Below are positions 59,237 to 64,000 of a stretch of 64,000 bases of DNA, one piece after another. The position numbers and the translations under genes were made by a program. Each line of letters opens with the position of its first letter. Positions within the stretch are counted from its first letter, which is position 1. Below the pieces are notes generated by a model. It searched no databases, was not told the origin of the DNA, and saw only the letters and a program-made list of their open reading frames with translations. This DNA is from Limnochordia bacterium (GTDB taxonomy: Bacteria; Bacillota; Limnochordia; DTU080): the NCBI GenBank assembly GCA_050951545.1, contig JBMNJG010000004.1, positions 125,406-189,405 of the forward strand, read 5' to 3'.

Positions 59237-61054
59237 TCAGAAGAACATGGCTTCGACGAATCTCTCCTGAAATGCCAGTTCGCCGCCTAGATCCACATGC
59301 TCAGCTCGTTTGGCCAGCTCAACGCAAGCAGTGCGGGCAGTCCTAGAGGTAAGGGCCAACACAGCACCTGCTCCAGCGGCATTGCCCAGAGATCGAATGC
59401 GGGGCAGGGGCAGAGGTGGCAACAGCCCGATGCACAGGGCACTGTCTTTGCGGACATAAGTGCCGAAGGCACCAGCTAGCAGAACCTCATCGAGTTCGGT
59501 AGCCAGTATGCCGGCGCGCAGGCAGCAGATGTCGACCGCTGCTCGAATCGCGCCCTTGGCCAGCTGCACCTGACGAATGTCTGCTTGCGTGAAGTCGATC
59601 GTCTGTGGCCTCTCAGTGAGACGGAAAACAATCCCACCATCTGTCTCTACCAAGTGACCAGCGAGACCCGGTTTGCCTGCAGCGGCGACCTCTTCGGAGG
59701 ATCGCAGGCGTCCAGTCTCATCAATCACGTCGAGGCGTACCAGCTCAGCCACAAGATCAATGAGTCCGGAACCACAGATGCCTCTGGCTGAATCATTGTC
59801 ACCCAGCACATGTAACTGCACGCCATCAGGATTCAGGGCGACGCCGTCGATAGCTCCGGGTTCAGCGCGCATGCCGTTCAGGATCTGTACTCCTTCAAAG
59901 GCGGGCCCTGCGGCAGCTGAGCAGGCCCATATGCGCCCATTGGCAGAAAGAAGGATCTCACCGTTAGTACCTAGATCGATCAGGAGGCGCGGCTTGTTGT
60001 CTGATAGCAGTTGGCCAGCGACGGCGGCTGCTACAGCGTCGGCCCCCACAAACCCACCGACAAGTGGACCACTCCAAAGCAGCGTGTCCGGAAAGCCATC
60101 GATGCCAAGCGCGGCTGCGGTCGTGAAAACCTCAGATCTGTGCACAGGCAGATAGGGCGATTGGCCAAGTCGTCTGGGAGACAGCCCCAAAAGCAGATGG
60201 TGCATACAGGTGTTTCCTACAACGCTCATGGCCACGATGTCGCTGGGCGCCACCGTTTTTGAAGCTGCCAAGGCACTCGCCATTTCGCCCATGGTAGAGG
60301 TGATCTCACCATGCAGAAGCTGCAGGCCCTCGCGCGTAGAAGCCACATCGATACGCGACATGACATCAGCCCCGTGCGCCGCCTGTGGATTGGCACGAGG
60401 CAATGCCCCTACTACCTCCCTGCTTTGCAGGTCTACGAGATAGGCGACCAGCGTGGTGGTCCCTATGTCGAAAGCCACCCCGTAGTAGCAGAGGCGGTTT
60501 TGACCTACTGGGCGAACACAAAGCAACTGCTCGGCAAAACTGGCCACTTCCAGCTCTTGAACGTCGCCAGCGAGAGCCTCAGGCATCATGCGCAGCAGGC
60601 CAATGTGAGGCGACTCAGCCTGAATGGTACCATTGCTAGCCGATACGAGACGTTCCCAGTCAGAGAGAGACTCCGGTAACGCTGGCGGCAACTGGATCCG
60701 TTGGAGCTGAAGGTTGCTATCGCCGACATGCAGATCGCCGTAGCCATCTACTAGGATGGCGGAGTCTGAAGCTTTTGGTAATGAGTGAACCAAAACCTCG
60801 CCTCCCGATGAACGGGCCTGGCAGATAAGGCGAATGCCTGTGGCGAGATCCGCAGCAGAGAGATGCTGGAGTTCGGTAGCGTTGGGAGCCTGCAAGGCTC
60901 CGGTTACGAGCGCTCGGCATTTTCCGCATGAGCCACGACCATTGCAGGGGAGTGTGATACTCTCCCCTGCGGCCATAAGGCTATCGGCAAGAAGAGCGCC
61001 TTGTTTCATCTGTAGGCGGAGAATCCCCTCAGCAGTGTTTCTAGCGAATGACAT
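59237..61054 (-). CDS. Corrinoid reductive activation protein (RACo-like; N-terminal [2Fe-2S] ferredoxin + ASKHA ATPase domain)
   Basis: CNGRGSCGKCRALV plant-type ferredoxin Cys cluster, followed by an ASKHA/DUF4445-like ATPase domain. Confidence 0.65.
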   Translation of the reverse strand: MSFARNTAEGILRLQMKQGALLADSLMAAGESITLPCNGRGSCGKCRALVTGALQAPNATELQHLSAADLATGIRLICQARSSGGEVLVHSLPKASDSAILVDGYGDLHVGDSNLQLQRIQLPPALPESLSDWERLVSASNGTIQAESPHIGLLRMMPEALAGDVQELEVASFAEQLLCVRPVGQNRLCYYGVAFDIGTTTLVAYLVDLQSREVVGALPRANPQAAHGADVMSRIDVASTREGLQLLHGEITSTMGEMASALAASKTVAPSDIVAMSVVGNTCMHHLLLGLSPRRLGQSPYLPVHRSEVFTTAAALGIDGFPDTLLWSGPLVGGFVGADAVAAAVAGQLLSDNKPRLLIDLGTNGEILLSANGRIWACSAAAGPAFEGVQILNGMRAEPGAIDGVALNPDGVQLHVLGDNDSARGICGSGLIDLVAELVRLDVIDETGRLRSSEEVAAAGKPGLAGHLVETDGGIVFRLTERPQTIDFTQADIRQVQLAKGAIRAAVDICCLRAGILATELDEVLLAGAFGTYVRKDSALCIGLLPPLPLPRIRSLGNAAGAGAVLALTSRTARTACVELAKRAEHVDLGGELAFQERFVEAMFF

Positions 61055-61074
61055 GAGTCACAGGGAACCCCATT

Positions 61075-61707
61075 TCAGGCAACGAGTGATTTGGCCACAT
61101 CTACAGCGGAACCAGCGTCAGGCGCATAGGCATCGGCGCCAATTTCCTGAGCGAAGGCATCGGTGATCGGAGCGCCACCAATAATCACCTTCACCTGGTC
61201 GCGTAGACCTTTCTCGACAAGAAACTTGATTGTCTGTGCCATAGCGGGCATGGTAGTGGTAAGTAGGGCTGACATGCCTAGAATATGGGGCTGGTGCTCG
61301 CGAACCGCCTCCACGAACCTCTCTGGTGAGACATCGATGCCCAGGTCCACAACGTCAAATCCGGCTCCCTCTAGCATCATAGCCACGAGTTTCTTGCCGA
61401 TATCATGCAAGTCGCCTTTTACCGTGCCTATGATTACCTTGCCAATGGGCTGCAGGTCAGACTCAGAGACTAAGGGTTTCACGATGGCGAGCCCGGCATT
61501 CATGGCCCTAGCTGCGATGAGCACTTCGGGCACATAGATCTCATTATTCTTGAACCTGTCAGCGACGACCTCCATACCAGCTATCAGGCCTTGGTTGATA
61601 AGCTCTGCAGGCTTGGTGCCACTGGCGATAGCTTCGTTTATCAGTCGTTCGGTCTCTGGGGCTCTTCCATTGATGACCGCCTGCGCAATCTGCTGGAACT
61701 GACTCAA
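61075..61707 (-). CDS. Corrinoid (cobalamin-binding) protein, MtaC/MtbC-like
   Basis: B12-binding-2 cap plus GDLHDIGKKLV (DxHxxG) and a Rossmann-like B12-binding domain. TTG start with GGGAGGG RBS. Confidence 0.75.
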   Translation of the reverse strand: MSQFQQIAQAVINGRAPETERLINEAIASGTKPAELINQGLIAGMEVVADRFKNNEIYVPEVLIAARAMNAGLAIVKPLVSESDLQPIGKVIIGTVKGDLHDIGKKLVAMMLEGAGFDVVDLGIDVSPERFVEAVREHQPHILGMSALLTTTMPAMAQTIKFLVEKGLRDQVKVIIGGAPITDAFAQEIGADAYAPDAGSAVDVAKSLVA

Positions 61708-62121
61708 AAGTGACTCCCTCCCTATTCGGATAGTGGGGCTCTACTTAAGCAGTGGTAGTGCAGATTTCGCCCACGTGCTAATCTTCTCCTTGTTTTTTCG
61801 CGGTTCGGTTGGGTACCCTTTACTGGATCATCAACGGCAAGCCAGTCTTTATTTCGCGTATTCCCGACCAGGAGGCCTTTCGTCAGAGATCCTGGAGGGG
61901 ACGTGTCCAAGATGAACTGCGACTCCTAGGCCCTTTCGCTTCGCGACGCGTATAATAACACTGGAATATGCTTTTCGCGCTTTCTGTGTACTGTCGAATG
62001 GGAGGAGTGGCGCATGCCAGCGTGTGGATGGAGTTCGTTTCCTCCGGAAACAGCCAGCGACACTGCGGGAGCGGTGCAGCCTGCGAGTGATCAAGTGCGA
62101 CAAATAGCAGGGGCAGGGAGG

Positions 62122-62367
62122 ATGACTTGCCGCAGAGAGCAGCCGACCTTTCAAGGCCAACTGGAGGATCTAGAGGGCGTTCTGGTGACCTTGTACACCA
62201 CTAGCGGTCGAAGTGTGGGCGGTCGGATTGAGCAGGTCTATCGAGACTACCTGACGTTTGTCTCTGGAGGTGTCCAGGAAGCGATTCCGCTCAGTCAGAT
62301 AACGAACCTCCGAGTGTGTCCCGCAGTCGCGGCGAATTCTCAAGCGACAACTGTCGTTGTTGGGTAG
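62122..62367 (+). CDS. Small DUF2642-like protein (Firmicute spore-associated small protein family)
   Basis: LEGVLVTLYTTSGRSVGGRIEQVYRDYLTFVSGGVQEAIPLSQITNLRV pattern. Start reset to ATG 62122 with GGGAGG RBS. Confidence 0.45.
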   Translation: MTCRREQPTFQGQLEDLEGVLVTLYTTSGRSVGGRIEQVYRDYLTFVSGGVQEAIPLSQITNLRVCPAVAANSQATTVVVG

Positions 62368-62643
62368 ACGCACGTATGTCACCCGGCTGGAGAGCTCAGG
62401 CTGTACGCCTGGGCTCTCCGTATTGTCTACGCACGTGGCTCTATTTTCTGCGCGTGTGTGCGGAAGTCCCGCGTCAGCCATGCGTCATATGGTGCGCGAG
62501 GTTCATCCGGATGTGCTGCTACGGGGGTAGCCGATCCCGATGAGGTTGGAGGCCTCGGAGACCACCCTGAGCTGCTTGAACTTTACGCGCCATGGCGCAA
62601 TGTCTGCCTGGCCTCATCCACACGGGAGCATCATTCATCCCGC

Positions 62644-63972
62644 CTACAGAGGGTACATCTTGAACAGGATCTGAGCCAGGACGATCTTGGTGATCATCCC
62701 TACGGGGTAGGCAATGGCGTAGCTCAGATTGGGTAGCTCTGATTGGGACCGCTCGTTCGAGTAGACCAGAGCGGCAGGTTGCGTCTGCAGACCAGAGAGG
62801 GTACCGATGGCCAGGGCCATGGGCACTTTCAGCACCTTGTGGTAGATAAAGAGGGTGAGGCTACCATAGATGAAGGTGACAGCGGCGCCACCAAGCAGAA
62901 CCAGAGGTCCCAGTTCCTTGAAGGTCGAGGCGAAGTCGTATCCCGAGCGTGTACCAATACCCGCCAGAAACAGGACAATGCCTAGTTGCCGCACGGTGTG
63001 ACTCACGCCGTCGGGCATGCTCCACACGAGGCGACCAGTACGGCCAGCCCGACCGAGAATCAGGGCCGCGATAAGAGGCCCGCCCACGAAACCAAGCCGA
63101 AAGGAGAGTCCCCCAGGCAGTGGGATGGGCACCAGACCCAAGAGAAGCCCCAAGGAGATTCCCAGGGGCATGGTGAGAAGATTGAGCCCCTCCACCTCGA
63201 GTTTCTGCGGTTCTTTGCTCTCTGCGTCAGCGAGCGAGGCAGTGTGCTCTCTGGCTTCTTGCGCAAAGTCAACGCGCCATATGACGGAGAACATATGGAT
63301 GGCGAGAATAATACCAATAACTCCAAAAGGGTAGGTGAGAGAGTACCCCACGACTGGCTCAGCCAGAAGCCGCTCTGCGAAAGGCTCGCCGCTGGACTTC
63401 AGTGCTTCGATGACCGCTGCCAGTGCGGGAGTATTCGTAAGGCTGCCTGCAAAGAGGCCAGCGACAAGAGTGCGTGGCAGATGCAACAGACGGCCTACCC
63501 ACGCAGAAAGCAGACAAGCCAATGCCAAGAGAGCAACCCCGAGCGAGACATCGCGGAGCCCATGACGTCGCAAGGCGGTAAAGAAAGCAGAGCCCGAAGA
63601 AAGGCCTACGCCATAGACAAACAGAATGAGGCCCAACTGATAGACAATCTCGGGTAACCCCAGTTGTGGATGTAGGGCGCCAAGGGCCAGACCGACAAAG
63701 AGAATGGCGGCGACTCCTAGGCGGAAGCTTCCGATACGCACCTCGCCCAGTCTGTAACCTAGGCCAATCACCACGAATAGCAGCAGCAATGGGTTGGCCA
63801 AGAAAAGATCGACAAGTGGATCAAGGTAGTGCAACCGTATTAACCTCCAGTCTCTTCCGTGCCTCCTGGCTGAGCGCAGGAGGTCTGCTATGCGAGTTAG
63901 GTCAAAGGCACTTGGCTGCCGTGACGACCATGGAAACGGGTAAGCGTGGTATAGCCTACCTCTTTCGCCCAT
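62644..63972 (-). CDS. AAE-family (aspartate:alanine exchanger / YidE-YbjL-like) transporter
   Basis: Polytopic membrane protein with the GLGYRLGEVRIGSFRLG motif typical of Asp-Al_Ex repeats. True start probably downstream of the track start. Confidence 0.55.
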   Translation of the reverse strand: MGERGRLYHAYPFPWSSRQPSAFDLTRIADLLRSARRHGRDWRLIRLHYLDPLVDLFLANPLLLLFVVIGLGYRLGEVRIGSFRLGVAAILFVGLALGALHPQLGLPEIVYQLGLILFVYGVGLSSGSAFFTALRRHGLRDVSLGVALLALACLLSAWVGRLLHLPRTLVAGLFAGSLTNTPALAAVIEALKSSGEPFAERLLAEPVVGYSLTYPFGVIGIILAIHMFSVIWRVDFAQEAREHTASLADAESKEPQKLEVEGLNLLTMPLGISLGLLLGLVPIPLPGGLSFRLGFVGGPLIAALILGRAGRTGRLVWSMPDGVSHTVRQLGIVLFLAGIGTRSGYDFASTFKELGPLVLLGGAAVTFIYGSLTLFIYHKVLKVPMALAIGTLSGLQTQPAALVYSNERSQSELPNLSYAIAYPVGMITKIVLAQILFKMYPL

Positions 63973-64000
63973 TGCGCAGCTGCCCCCAGTTGGAGGCCCA

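Noticed and set aside
61708-62121. Possible cobalamin riboswitch in the 410-nt leader of the corrinoid-protein operon (CCACTG and GGGAGGG fragments)
   Set aside because: Only short fragments resemble the B12-box/core. No convincing consensus (GCCACTG...GGGAAGGC with proper spacing) could be assembled by eye; an Rfam scan is needed.
1-64000. Search for CRISPR arrays, tRNA/rRNA genes, transposases or integrases
   Set aside because: No short regularly spaced repeats, no cloverleaf-like conserved tRNA blocks and no DDE or tyrosine-recombinase-like ORFs were seen. The only large repeat is the SBP tandem array.

Overview
This 64 kb window is a ~60% GC chromosomal segment that looks like an endospore-forming Firmicute. 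It carries spoIIE-tilS-ftsH synteny and an SleB-type cortex-lytic enzyme. The ORF track prints M for GTG/TTG starts; several gene starts were re-set by RBS inspection.

Main content, in order:
- A partial ADP-dependent sugar-kinase-family gene at the 5' edge.
- pckG (GTP PEPCK), a lipoprotein with an FN3-like C-terminus, a lone sufB, and a rhomboid protease.
- A class IV aminotransferase and a nadB-nadC operon.
- A LeuB/TtuC-family dehydrogenase and an alpha/beta hydrolase.
- A catalytically dead P1B-type ATPase homolog, and gltX.
- A carbohydrate island with no ABC permeases or regulators: four tandem solute-binding-protein (SBP) genes, three of them sitting in perfect 1480-bp direct repeats, then two more SBPs, a GH31 glycosidase, two Gfo/Idh/MocA oxidoreductases and a methyltransferase.
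- A nrdR-nrdJ operon in which a 259-aa intein splits the class II RNR active-site motif.
- A second ADP-dependent kinase homolog with an in-frame DUF2892-like leader.
- cysK placed divergently from a SAM-I riboswitch that controls metY-metX.
- A T4 Dnk-like dNMP kinase, two more Gfo/Idh/MocA genes, an HD hydrolase, and folE.
- spoIIE, tilS, ftsH, folB, then a birA with a C-terminal frameshift, a bio-operator palindrome, and bioY.
- trmFO, an SDR, a GDSL hydrolase, sleB, an M20D amidohydrolase, and an SRAP peptidase.
- A three-gene corrinoid methyltransferase module (corrinoid protein, RACo-type activator, URO-D-like methyltransferase).
- A small DUF2642-like protein and an AAE-family transporter.

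No tRNA or rRNA genes, CRISPR arrays, or transposases were recognised.
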